Virus record (IMG/VR): IMGVR_UViG_3300024348_000007
Source of the DNA: a virus
Reading direction: 5' to 3' (one strand)
Length of the DNA stretch: 64,000 bases
The notes beneath the pieces were generated by a model, which had not been told where the DNA came from, did no database searches, and worked only from the letters and a program-made list of their open reading frames with translations. A program made the translations under genes and the position numbers. Positions 1 through 12,900 of this stretch are shown one piece after another. Each line of letters begins with the position of its first letter. The stretch's first letter is position 1.

Positions 1-249
1 GTAATGATCGGAGGCGGTGGTCAAAACGGTACAGGTGGAAACTACGCGGGTGGAGACGGAAATCCTGGAGCAGTTTTATATAGAATTAATAGTGATGAGT
101 TGCCTCAATTTGTAGGAACAGGTAACAACGCTGACGGCGTAATCGCTCCAGAAGAAGCGACTGGAACTGAAGCGCTTAGAATAAAAAATCACGTTTTTGA
201 AATTGTATTAACAAATAGTGGTGATATCACTACTACAAAAGTATTTTGA
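1..249 (+). CDS. C-terminal end of a Gly-rich virion/tail protein (5' truncated)
   Basis: The frame is open from base 1 (gta atg atc gga). Gly-rich GGGGQNGTGGNYAGGDGNPG segment, typical of phage tail proteins. Confidence 0.5.
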   Translation, partial: VMIGGGGQNGTGGNYAGGDGNPGAVLYRINSDELPQFVGTGNNADGVIAPEEATGTEALRIKNHVFEIVLTNSGDITTTKVF

Positions 250-259
250 GGAATAAGAT

Positions 260-874
260 ATGGATATGAAAAAATTCAAAGGCTTTTATCCATCTTTAGA
301 TAGAGCTTTAGATATTGTTCCGAATAATATGATACATTCTCTTGTTTTTACAAGAAGAGAAAATTCATTTACTGCTGCTCTTATCATGCATTACAGAGGT
401 GATGAATATAGAGAAAAGTTTGAAGAACTAATTAATTATGATCTCGGAGCAGATTGGTATAAAGCAGCTTATAGAATTAACGTTGCATTTATGTGTGTAG
501 ACTTAGAAAGTATTGATACAGAATCATTAAGAGTTTATAAAAACCAACCACAAAATATCCCTACTGGAATAGAAGCTACAGATGATGTAGAAGATTGGCA
601 TGAAAATTTAGGTTATTATATTAACACTAAAACTAATGAAGTTTTAGGAACTAAACACTACATAAGAAGTTCGCGAGATCGCTGTTACAAAATTGATTAT
701 TATGACAAATCTGGCAATAAAATAAAAGAAGATCAAAGAGAAGTTATAGGCGAATATGAAGACTGGAACGGTCCTAAAGAAATCTATAATATTGCGGTAG
801 AAGCTGGTGTCTCAACTGGGTTTGCTAAGAAAGTAAACAAAGATCAAGGCTATTTTATTGTTCACCAGGACTAA
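260..874 (+). CDS. hypothetical protein (204 aa)
   Basis: ORF with a GAGGA Shine-Dalgarno-like site upstream; no recognisable motif. Confidence 0.6.
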   Translation: MDMKKFKGFYPSLDRALDIVPNNMIHSLVFTRRENSFTAALIMHYRGDEYREKFEELINYDLGADWYKAAYRINVAFMCVDLESIDTESLRVYKNQPQNIPTGIEATDDVEDWHENLGYYINTKTNEVLGTKHYIRSSRDRCYKIDYYDKSGNKIKEDQREVIGEYEDWNGPKEIYNIAVEAGVSTGFAKKVNKDQGYFIVHQD

Positions 875-892
875 CATCCTCAGCCAGATTTA

Positions 893-900
893 TATAAATA
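893..900 (+). promoter_or_regulatory. T4-type late promoter TATAAATA
   Basis: Exact gp55-dependent late consensus, intergenic, ~30 bp before the 4013-aa gene. Confidence 0.8.
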
Positions 901-931
901 AAAGAAATTAGATTTAAAAAGGTACTCGAGA

Positions 932-3900
932 ATGTCGTTGATTTCAGAACTAGGTCCGATAAAAGGCGCTAATACAAGATCCGAGGACTTGTTTGTCATT
1001 GTTAACTTGATCCAAGGTGATGACGGAACGAAAAACATCACACGAAAAGAGATGGTCCAAGCTCTTCAGTATGAAATATTCAATAGAATAACTATTACTG
1101 GCGGGACGATATCAAACGTTACGATGTCTTCTTCTACTCTTAACACAGTTATTATCAATGACTCAGCATATAATAACGGAACGATTACAGGTTCAGCACT
1201 AAGCTCTGTATCTATTATTAATTCTACAGCAAATAATCTTACTATTACGAGCTCAGATTTCTCTGATGGTACTGGTAACAATAACATCTTTACCAACACT
1301 ACTTTAATTGACTCAGACATCCTTGATAGTGATGCCAACAATATGTTAATTGATAACTCTGATTTCTCTAATGGAACAGGCAATAATAACGTATTTACAA
1401 ATTCACGTATCGATAACTCTGATTTTGCGAATGTTGCAATTGAAGGTGGTACTGCTAATAATCTAACTCTTACGAATGTTATCATCGACGAAATCGTTCT
1501 TGAAGACGCGTTGATGTCAAACTCAGTAATCATTACTACTGACTTTAGTAATGGTACAATTCGTGACACAGCAATTTCTGGTAATACAACTATCGTTGAC
1601 GCTAATTTCTCTAATGGCGACATTCGTGACACAGACTTAGATAATGTTGATATTACAAACTCTCGTTTTTCAAATGGTCAAATTTGGGATACAACTGTAA
1701 GCAACTCAACTATTATTGACACGACTGCAAATAACATTGTAATGACATCTTCAATCATATCAAGTTCTGCACTTAATGATAGTACTGCTAACAATGTTAA
1801 CATTACAAACTCAGACTTCTCTGATGGAACTGGTAACAATAACATCTTTACCAATACTACTATTCAAGATGGTACACTTGCTAATAACGTTATTACCAAC
1901 TCATCATTCCAAGGTACACTTGATAATGTAACTGCTCAGAATATGACAATCACAAGTTCATCAACTGAAGGACTTGGTCAACAAAAATCAGTTATTGAAA
2001 ATTCAGAATTTAAAGATGGTACTGTATCTAATTCATCAATCGAGGAAAGCACTCTTGTTGATTTTGATATGGATATTACCAGAACATTCGAGCCTATGCT
2101 TGATGAAGATAGTTACTTTGCTCTAAAGAACGTCAAAACTGGCGATACAGAGAAAATGACTTATCGTCAACTTTACAACGAATTCTCAAAGAAAACAGAA
2201 AAATCTCTTAAAGTACATGTTGCTTCGGACGGTAACGATGATTATCCTGGTACAATTCTACAACCAGTTCGTACATTAAAACGTGCTGAGAAAATTGCTT
2301 TAGAAAAAGCTGGCGGATCTTATGATCGTAACGCAATTAATGATGCAGTTCACATTTCAGTAGGTCCAGGTACTTATTATGTAGATGAGCCTGTCATGTT
2401 GCCAGATGATTGTTCTATGACATCAACTGCTGGTCAGTACGCTACTGTAATTCAGAAAAAGCCAGGTTGGGAAAGAACAAACGGTATCTTAGTTGGATCT
2501 GGTTGTTACGTCCAAGGTTTCTCTTATATGAACTTTGAGGTAGATAACTTTGACCAACCTGAAGGTGGTTTTGCTATCGCTTACAGACCGGGTGCTCTAC
2601 TAAGACGTTCTCCATATCTTCGTGACTCTACACAGCTTTCAAACTTTAATAGACTTGATGTTGAACCTCCGTTAAATCCGTTTAACTCAAAAGGTACCAT
2701 CCTTGATTTAGGTCAGGAATTCTATTTAGTTGCAGGTCACTCTGCTCAAACTCAATTTGAAGTTGATGATGAAGTAACATTCTCATCTGGTGCAACAGGT
2801 TATGTTTCATATATTGCTGATATTGATACTAACAGACAAATTTATGTTCGTAACCTTAAAGGTAATGTTGAAGTTGGAGATATTTTATACGCACAACGTG
2901 GTGGTACAGGTACTATCGAGTCAATCGGAATTGATGATTTCCCTAACAGACTAGTTGGTCGTGGCGGTGGTTGTCTACTCGCAGACAGAGCACAACTTGA
3001 TACAGACTCACTATATACATACGTACTTTGTTTTGGTTTCACACCTCGTACTCAAAACGGTACAGGTTACGTTGCTAAAAACGGTGCTGGTGTTAACGGT
3101 ATTGGTTCACTTTCAATCTTTACACGTCAGGCGTTCTTTGCTCTTGACGGTGGCCAAATGACATTGAACAACTCAGGTTCTCAGTTTGGTGACATATCAA
3201 TGAGAGCAAGAGGCAGTACGGTTATTATTAGACCTGCAGAAGCCACTGCAGCCAACTTAACAGCAAACTCTGCATTCGCTGACGTAATCGAAGAAAATAA
3301 ACAAGAAATAGTAGATGATATGGTTTATCATCTTACAACTCCTGTTGCAAGCGGCGGTTTGGGTTATCAAGGTTATAACGCTGATAAATGCTTTAGAGAT
3401 ACTGGTATTATTGTTGATAATACAGGTTATGACATTGCAACAAACGGAAACTATTGGGGAAGATTAAACGGTATATCTTACCGTTCACCGATTTCATATC
3501 TTGTTGTTGACGAACAATTAACAGAAACTACTGGTTCTATCGAACACCTTAAAGACTCAATGACTAGCTCAGATGGCGGCATCTTCGGATACGCAAGTTC
3601 TACAGTTAGAGCAAGAATTGATACTTCTTTAAATGAAACTCTTAATATTTTACAAAACGGAGAAGAAGCTGCTAATCCTATTATCTTCGCTGATACAGGA
3701 AAATCAGATCAAACAGCGGCTCGCGAAGTAGTACAAGTAAACAGAGATTTAATCATTAACGAATTCGTAGATTGGATCGACAACAACGACGAGTTTTATG
3801 CTTATGACAGTGTAAAATGCGAACGCGATGTTCAAGAGTATATCTTACCAGCAGTAAAATATGATATGATGCTTGATACTAACTATAATGCTGTAACATC

Positions 3901-6900
3901 AGGTTTAGCTTATTATGTTAATACTGCAAGAACAAGTTTAGAAAATCAAAGAAATGAAACAGTTGCTTCATTTAAAAGATTACGTAAAACTACTGATGAA
4001 TTAATTCAGGCCAATTCTGCTCCTGCTGCTCAAGATGCTTATGATGCATTCAGCGTAATCATTGACTCAATTTCTAATGTTGGTGATAAGTACACACCAA
4101 CTAAGGCAACATACGATCCGACAACTGGTGCGATGGTTATCACTATTGGTACTCACGACTTAACAGTTGGACGTTACGTTAACCTTGCTGAAGAATCATT
4201 TACGTTCACATGTTCAAGCGATAACTTTAAAACAAAAATTAGCCATCCACGTAAATCAGAAAAAGCTTACTTAGCTGCGCTTCCAATCGTTGCGGTATCA
4301 GCAAAAACTATTACGGTTAACCCTGGATTAACAGCTGCTAACTTCGAACACAGATTTGTTGAAGCATCTGATAACGCTGTATCAGTAATCGGCGAAGCTA
4401 TTACATTCAGTGATAACGCTGCAATCTCTGCAGATAAACGCAATGCTCGTAAACATCTTCAAGCTAATAAAGAATACGTACAAGATTATATGATGCAATG
4501 GGCTGACGATGAATTCTATTTCTATGATAGCAAAAAATGCCATAGAGATACAGAAGAATATATTTTACCAGCTGTTCAAAGAGATATGATCCTTGGTACA
4601 AACTATAACGCAATCCAAACTGGTGCTGCATATCGTACTAAATCAGGCGAAGTTAGTGTTACAGATCAATTGGTAGAAACAGTAGGATCTATTGATTATT
4701 TAAAATCAAGAGCTGCTATGTTTATTGGTGATAACTCAATTGCTGTTGATAGATCTAATGACTCATTCGATGAAATGAAAAGATTACTTAATAACAATGG
4801 TAAGAAATACACACCAACTAATGCATCTTACGATCCTGCAACAGGTTCTATAGACTTAACTATTGGTTTACACGATTTTGATATCGGTGATGAAATTTAT
4901 ATCGAACCACATAGTTTAGTGTTTACATGCGCACTCGATGGCAATGCAACTAAGCATGCTTATCCTGCTACTCAGTTCTTAAACTTTACACCAACTGATG
5001 CAACATACAATGTAGCTTCTGGAGAGTTTAGTGCAACTATTGGAACTCACACTCTTAAAGTTGGCGATAAAGTTGAATTTAAACCAAATTCTATTGTATT
5101 CACTTGCGAGCTTGACAACGACATAACAAACCACCCTGCACCTGAATCACATCACCCGTTCTATAAGAAACAAATTACTATCACAAAAGTAGATGCTACT
5201 AAAATTTACATGAATGTTGGTGGAATTGTTGACGGTGGTGGTGTTCATACATTTGTATCTGCGGCAGATAACGCGATACAGGCCGAGAAAATACATCCTA
5301 TATACAAAAAGCCTGTTACGATTTCAGCAAGGACCGGTACAACGATTACTGTTAATGTTGGTGAGTCAAGTGATACATCAGTTCATACATTTGTATCTGC
5401 AACAACTAATGCAATTCGTGAAGCAGGAATGTGGACAGGAACATTTACTCCACAAACAGCTACATATGATCCTATATCAGGTGATATGGAAATCACAATT
5501 GGTCAGCATGATTTACCAGTTGGTAAATGGATACAAATCGCACCTGAGTCAATGGTATTTAGTTGTGATGTTGGCGGTGTAACAGGAACAGATGCTGCTC
5601 CGTTATACGATCACCCAGCATATAAAGAACCAGTTAGAGTAAAAGATGTTACTACTAATACTATTACAGTAAATGTAGGTAATGCAAACGGACATGCAAA
5701 TAACCACACATTTGTAAGCGCAACTGCGGACTGTATCGATGCTAACGCATTATACTTCTCAGATCCTGCTAAAGTATTAAAAGCCTATACTCCAACAACT
5801 GCTACATACGATCCAGTAACTGGAGAATTTGTAGTTACTCTTCCAGCACACGATCTTACTACTGATGATCATATCGAGCTACAACCACAAAGCTTCGTAT
5901 TTAGTTGTGCTGCAAACGGTGGAGGTAATGATTATTCACCACGTATTGGAGACTTTGCATATAAGTTACCATTAAAAATTAGCGCAGTAACTACAAATAC
6001 AGTAACGGTTAATGTTGGAAACGCTGGAACAAATACAGACGTGCATACATTTGTAAGCGCTGACGAAGGAGCAGTTATTAAAGTTGCAGGTTCTCAGCAA
6101 GGTGTATACGCATCTAGAAAATTACAGAAAAACAAAGCGTATTTACAAGCAGAAGTTGCTGCTTACTTGGATACAAACTATTTCATCTACGATAAAGATA
6201 AATGTTCAAGAGATACAGGTTTAATTTTAGATGCAGTTGCTAGAGATATTCTAACAGACTCAACTGTTAACGCTTACTATGTAGGTAAAGGTTACACGAT
6301 TGGTACAGTAGGTGCCAACGCAGTAATTAACGAACAATTAACTCAAACAGTTGGTGCTATCACTTGGCTAAAAGGTAAAATTGCAACTGAAGTATTAACA
6401 GATGCGACAGCGATCACGAGATCGAATGCAGCGTTTGATACTGTTATTGATATTATGACAAACGGTATCGGTGGTGCTGCTTTACCAATATACGGTGACT
6501 TAACAATTTCACCAGAACATCGTCAAGCAGGTAAAGCAATAATTACTAACAAAGCGTTTATCCAAAAAGAAATCATCGCGTTTATCACAGCTAACTATCC
6601 AAACTTCGTATATAACACAGCTGCATGCGAAAGAGATATGGGTATCTTCGTTGACCTAACCGCATGGGATGTACAAAACGGTTCGAATGCTTTAAGTGCA
6701 ACTAACTCGAAACTATACTTTGAAAACGCTATCCCAGTATTAGACGATGAGGAAGTTGTTCCAACATCGGAAGCATTCTTCTTCGCATCAGATCTAGTTG
6801 GTCAAATTGTTAGAAACGAAGTTGTTACTCCACTTCAAGGTGTGGTAACTCAAACTATTGTTGAAACAACAACATATACTCCAACAACTGCAACATACGA

Positions 6901-9900
6901 TCCTGCTAATGGCGACTTCGTAATGACTATGCCTGGACATACTGTTTCTCTTAACGACAGAGTTACACTAGAACCAAATAGCTTTACATTCACATGTGCA
7001 ATGGACGGTGACGATGCTGCTAAAACTTATCCTCGTGCAGGACTTGATCCATACGCGTTAAAAACATATTTAGTTAAAGAAGTAACATCAAGCACAGTTA
7101 CATTAGATGCTGCGGCTTCTGGTCCTAACAAATACTTTACACCAACAGCCGCTGTTTATGACGCGGCATCAGGCATAATGGAAGTTACAGTTGGACAACA
7201 CGGCTTAAGAGTCGGTAACGGTGTTGTTCTAGAAAATAACTCTTTCACATTTACATGTGATCAAGATAGTAACGCAACACAACATACATATCCAAGAGTT
7301 GGTGATCCATTAACTGGTAAATCATTAACAATTACTGCGGTTGGTGAAACTCAACATACTCCAACAAATGCAGTTCATAGCCCATCAAGTGGTGATACAA
7401 CAATCACATTAGCTGGCCACGGATTTAGTAATGGTGATTATGTAATGATCGCAGATTACGGATTAGTATATACATGCGTACTTGACGGTTACACAGTTGA
7501 AAAAGGTTATCCAAGAGCTACTGATTTTGCATCTAACCGTTGGTTGGAAATTTCAGATGTTACAACTGATACATTCAAATTAAATGTTGGTCCATCTCCA
7601 TATAACGGTGCTCACACATTTGTATCAGCGACTTCCAACTCAATCAGACGCCAAACTGGTACAATGACATTTAATGTTGGTGACGCAGGATCAGCTTCTG
7701 GATCAGTACATACATTCGTAAGTGCAACAGCCAACGCAATTAAACATGAGCCACAAACTGTACATACATTCGTATCGGTTACTGCTGATGCAGTTAAAGT
7801 AGCAAATATGGCAGAAGCTTATACACCAACAGATGTTGCATACGATCACATATCAGGTGTCATGACAATGACGTTGGGTACACACTCATTTACTGAAAAA
7901 GACTACGTAATTTTTGCTGAAAACGCAATTACATTAAGTTGTGCAAGTAATGGTGGTGGTAACTTATCTCATCCACGTCCTTCAGATCCAATATTCAACA
8001 AACCAGTTAGAATTGACTCCACTACTCCAACAACAATCACGTTGCAAGTTGGACCAGCTAATGTTAATGCCGCTCATACATTTGTAAGTGCATTAACCGA
8101 CGGTGTAAGAAGATCAATTAAGCCTGAAGTTTCAGAATTAGCTGAGCAGTTATTCTATGATGTTGGCGCTGTTATTAGAGAGAACGATGGAACGATCCCT
8201 GCGATTGTTGAACCAGCATTTGATACTCATACCGCAAACTATACATTAGGTTCAGAGTTCGAGTCAATCAAAGGTCAATCAATCAAATATCAAACTGAAA
8301 TCAATGAATATATTACAGAAACATATAACGGTTTAGCATACAATATCGCAAAATGTCCAAGAGATGTTGGTTATATTGTTGACGCTATTTCAGAAGATTT
8401 AGAATATGGCGGAGACTCTGCTACAATATTTAATGCAAGATACTATTTTGAAGGCGCTATAAACGTACTTCCAATGTATCAAAGAAAACCTACAAGATTA
8501 GCGTTCACTCACATTGCAAATGTAATAGAAAAAGTTATAACTAATACTGTTAATGAGCCAGTGTTTGGAACAAGATTTACACCAACAACCGCTACATACG
8601 ATCCAGCTACTGGTATCATGGAAGCCACGGTTGGTGCACACACATTAACAACTAGCGATCACGTTTGGTTCAAGCCAAATGCAATTACATTCTCTTGTGA
8701 TACTGGTTCAGGTCCAACTAACCACGCAAGCCCAGAAGCACATCATAGGTTCTTCAATAAAGCATGTCCAATCATCGGAGTAACAGCTACGACTATCACA
8801 ATGTGGGTTGGAAACGCTGGATCATATAGCGGAGCTCATACTTTTGTAAGTGCTTTAACTGATGCTATCTCTCAAATAAACGGCAACATCGTATATCAAG
8901 AAGTTGCAATGCAAGCTGCCGATGCCGCAACAGGTACTGAAGCTAAGAGACTTGCAAACATTATTTCAAATATTGTTGATGATAGATTAGTTATTCCTGA
9001 TTATCAAGGTTCATTAGATATAACACAACAAACACCAGAATCTCTTCCTACAGAGAACTTGTTGACTAAACCTAAAATGGATCCTGCTAGAACATTCGCA
9101 CGCAAATCTCTACAATGGAACAGAACGTTTATTCAAGAAGAGATTATTCAATTCGTACGCGATAATAACTACACATTTGATGAAGCTAAATGCGCAAGAG
9201 ATGCAGGCTTTATCATTGATGCGGTTAGAAGAGATGTTCAAACAGGTTCAACTTATAATGGTAAGTACATTGGTAAATCTTACAGAATTGGTACTGTAGG
9301 AGCCGATAAGGTTATTCAAGACCAACTTGCCGAAACAATTGAAGGAATTCAATATGTACAAAAAGACATCGAAGCACAACTTTCCGGTGTAGCACTATCT
9401 AGAGCTCAGAATTCCTTCAGTAATATTATCAATGCGATGGTCAATGACTATACTCCAGACGGAACAAATTATAGTTACGGTGATGGTAAAGTTTCAGAAA
9501 ATCACGAGTTTGCTCGTACAGGTTTACAATTAAACAGAGCATTCTTACAAGCTGAAGCTACTGCTTGGGTTAATGTGAATTATCCTGGACTATCGTATGA
9601 TGTTGCTAAATGCCAAAGAGATACTGGTATCATGGTTGATGCAGTATCTTATGACGTACAACATGAGTCAAACTCAGCAATGTTAGATGTTGCTAAACTA
9701 TACTTTGAAAACGGATTATCAACACTTTCCGCAGATCAACGTACACCTACAGCAGCATTATATACACACTTAAGTTCTGTTGCTTCGCAAATCGTTCTTA
9801 AACAAACAGTTTCAAAATCTTCTGGAAACACCGAATTACAAAATACTTCTTTCGGAGTTGTAACTGCACCAGTAGCGCAACATATTACATCTCTATGGAA

Positions 9901-12900
9901 TATAGTTGGAGATTTAATTGCTGATGACTCATTAATCAATATGCCACAGCTTGTTGAAGCAAAAACAACAACTTCTGGTGCTGATGGTTACTTGTACGAA
10001 ACAGAAGCTGCGCTTGTAGGATCTCGTAAAGATAATCTGCAAGCTACAATCACAAACTACTTAAGAGAAAACTTCGGTTATCTCGAGTATGATGAAGATC
10101 GTTGTAGAAGAGATACTGGTTATATTGTTGATGCTATATCACACGATATCCAATACGGTGGTAACTCTGCAATGCATGGTACTGCTGAACTCTATTTCAA
10201 AAATGCGGTTAATATTTTACCTGCTGATCAAAGAGATTCAACAAGAGAAGCATTTGAACATCTTGGTAAAGTAGTTCGTTGGGTAACACGTAATGAAATG
10301 ATACCACGTAAAGAAGGACGTAAGTTTACACCTACTTCTGCAACCTATGATCCAGATACAGGTATCTTTACAGCTACTATGGCAAATCATAATCTTAAAG
10401 TTGGAGATTATGTAATGATTGCACCAAATAGTATTGTATTCACATGCGCATTAGACGGTGGTGTACATGAACATCCTGCTCCTGAAGCACATCATCCATA
10501 CTATAATGCACCAATGAAAATTACTGCAAGAACTGGAACAACTATTACTATGGATGTTGGTAAAGTTCCTTACGGTAAAGGTGGCGGTGCTCATACTTTT
10601 GTAAGAGCTACAATGAATGCGATTACTCACTTAACTGGTAATACTGTTAAGCAAGAAATGAGTAATATGACTGCAAGAAGATCTATCGCAAACGAAGCGA
10701 TGGAATTAGCTACGATGTTGGCGAAAGTTGCAGACGATAATAGTCCTGCAAATATTCCATCAAGAATTGATCCTGATACAAGTTGGATTGAAACTAACTT
10801 GATAACTGCTAAAGCTGCAATAGATAACAACTCTATTCAGATGGCTAAAGACTTGCAAGTTTATATTTCAGAAACATATAACGGTATTAGTTACTCTAAA
10901 GAAAAATGTCGCAGAGATGTTGGTGTGATGATAGACTCTATTTCACACGATGTTAACTATACAACTAACTATGCAATGTTGATGACAGCAGGCTTATACT
11001 TTGAAGGTGCTCACTCAATCTTACCTGCAGATCAAAGACAACAAACCGCTAAATTCTTTACTGAAATGGCAAGAGTTGTTGAAGCTATCGTACAAGGTCA
11101 GACAGCATATCAAACAGGATTTACTGCCACAAACGCAACATACGATGCTGATACGGGTTACTTCACAGCTACACTTCCTGCAGATCACGGATTTAAGATT
11201 GGTGATTACGTATCATTCGATCCTGCAAGCTTCACATTCGCTTGTGATACTGGTTCTGGTGTAACTAACCATGCTGTACCTGAAGCACATCATCCATATT
11301 ACGATGTACCATGCCCAATCTTATATGTTGAAGGTAGTGTCATTACAATGTGGGTTGGAGCTGCAGCCACATACTCAGGTGTACATACATTCGTAAGTGC
11401 AACTGAAGAAGGTCTTAAGAAAGCAGTAAGAACTTGGACTGCGCAAGATAAAACAAATACAAACGCTACCGCGGTTGAAGGTGAAGAAGTTGCAGATCTA
11501 GTAAGAATTGTTGAAGATGCAATTAGAAGAGATAATACTGATGGTCTACCTGATATTATCGAGCCTAACATAAGTTGGGTTAATGCTTCTAAAGTTGAAG
11601 CAGGTAAAATTATCGATGATAACCTCGATGAATTAGCTGATGATATTACTAAGTTCTTGAAAGATACATTTACAATTATCGATTATTCTAAAGCTAAGTG
11701 TCGTAGAGATGCTGGTTATATTGTAGATGCTATGAGTTGGGACCTTAACTATGGTGGTAACTTGGCAACAAGATGGAACGCTGATTTCTATTATTGGAAT
11801 AATGAATTACGTATTCCTGAAGACACAAGAGTGGCTACTGCTAAAGCTTATCGTCAACTTGGTAAAATAGTAAGTCAAGTAGTTATAGGAAAACTTGCTG
11901 GTCAAGCTGTTCGTTCAGAATTAGGTACAACTACACAAGAAGCTCAAGCAATTAAACTTGGTGATATATTACATAACGTAATGTTCTATGACACACCTCA
12001 AGCTCTTGGTCCTGTAACAGAACCTAACTTCGAATGGGAAACAAACAAAGAATACGGTTTCGCAAAACAAATTCTTGCTAATAATAAAGTTAAACTACAA
12101 AGAGAAGTACAAAGATTTATCACTTCAGAATATAAGTTTATTGACTTACCTAAAACTTATCGTGATGGTCTCAACTTCCTTAAAGTTCTACAAAACGACT
12201 TTAATGGCCGTGTAGCTGATCCAGATGTTGGTACAGTTGGTTCTGATAAAGCTGCAAGATCGTTTGTTGGCGCATTGTTTAATATCGATGCACAACACGT
12301 ATTCCCAGTGTTTAATCCACCTGCAGCATATACAAATTGGCGTAGATTGAGATTTAAAGGTACAGTCGATAATGTTCCTGCGTTAGCAACTTTGAACGCG
12401 ACTTCTAAGAAATGGGATGCTCGTATTGTTCCAACAGATCCAAATGCTAATCGTTATGTAGGTGCTATTTACGTATATAACGGTGCAGGTGCTTGGAACA
12501 TTGTATCTGAAGGTAATAACAATACAGATTTATTACTTGCCTTCACTGAGGCGTGGTCACGCATGAAAACTTATATAAATACAAATATCGCTCCTGATGT
12601 AACACACCAAACGACGGTAACAGAATTGATTGATAACGTAATTATAGACAGTGTTATTAGACCAGACTTCTTGACCTTTGGGTCGTTAGTTGAATCTATC
12701 GCGCACCAGTTTAACGGTGCTTCAGCTGGTGTTAACAGAAATGCGTTGCCGCTTAACTTCAGAAACGTTGGTGCTGCTATCGGTGCTAATGCTTCGGTAT
12801 TATCAGAAAATGGTGGTCGTATTAGATGGTCAGGATCAGACGAATTAAACAACCAGTACTTCGCAAGAGGTCTTAAGATTAATGGTAGAACAGGTCGAAT

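Noticed and set aside
12574-12581. TATAAATA inside the giant gene
   Set aside because: About 390 bp from the next start, in AT-rich coding sequence, so plausibly chance. It is also why the intragenic 33361 site gets only moderate confidence.
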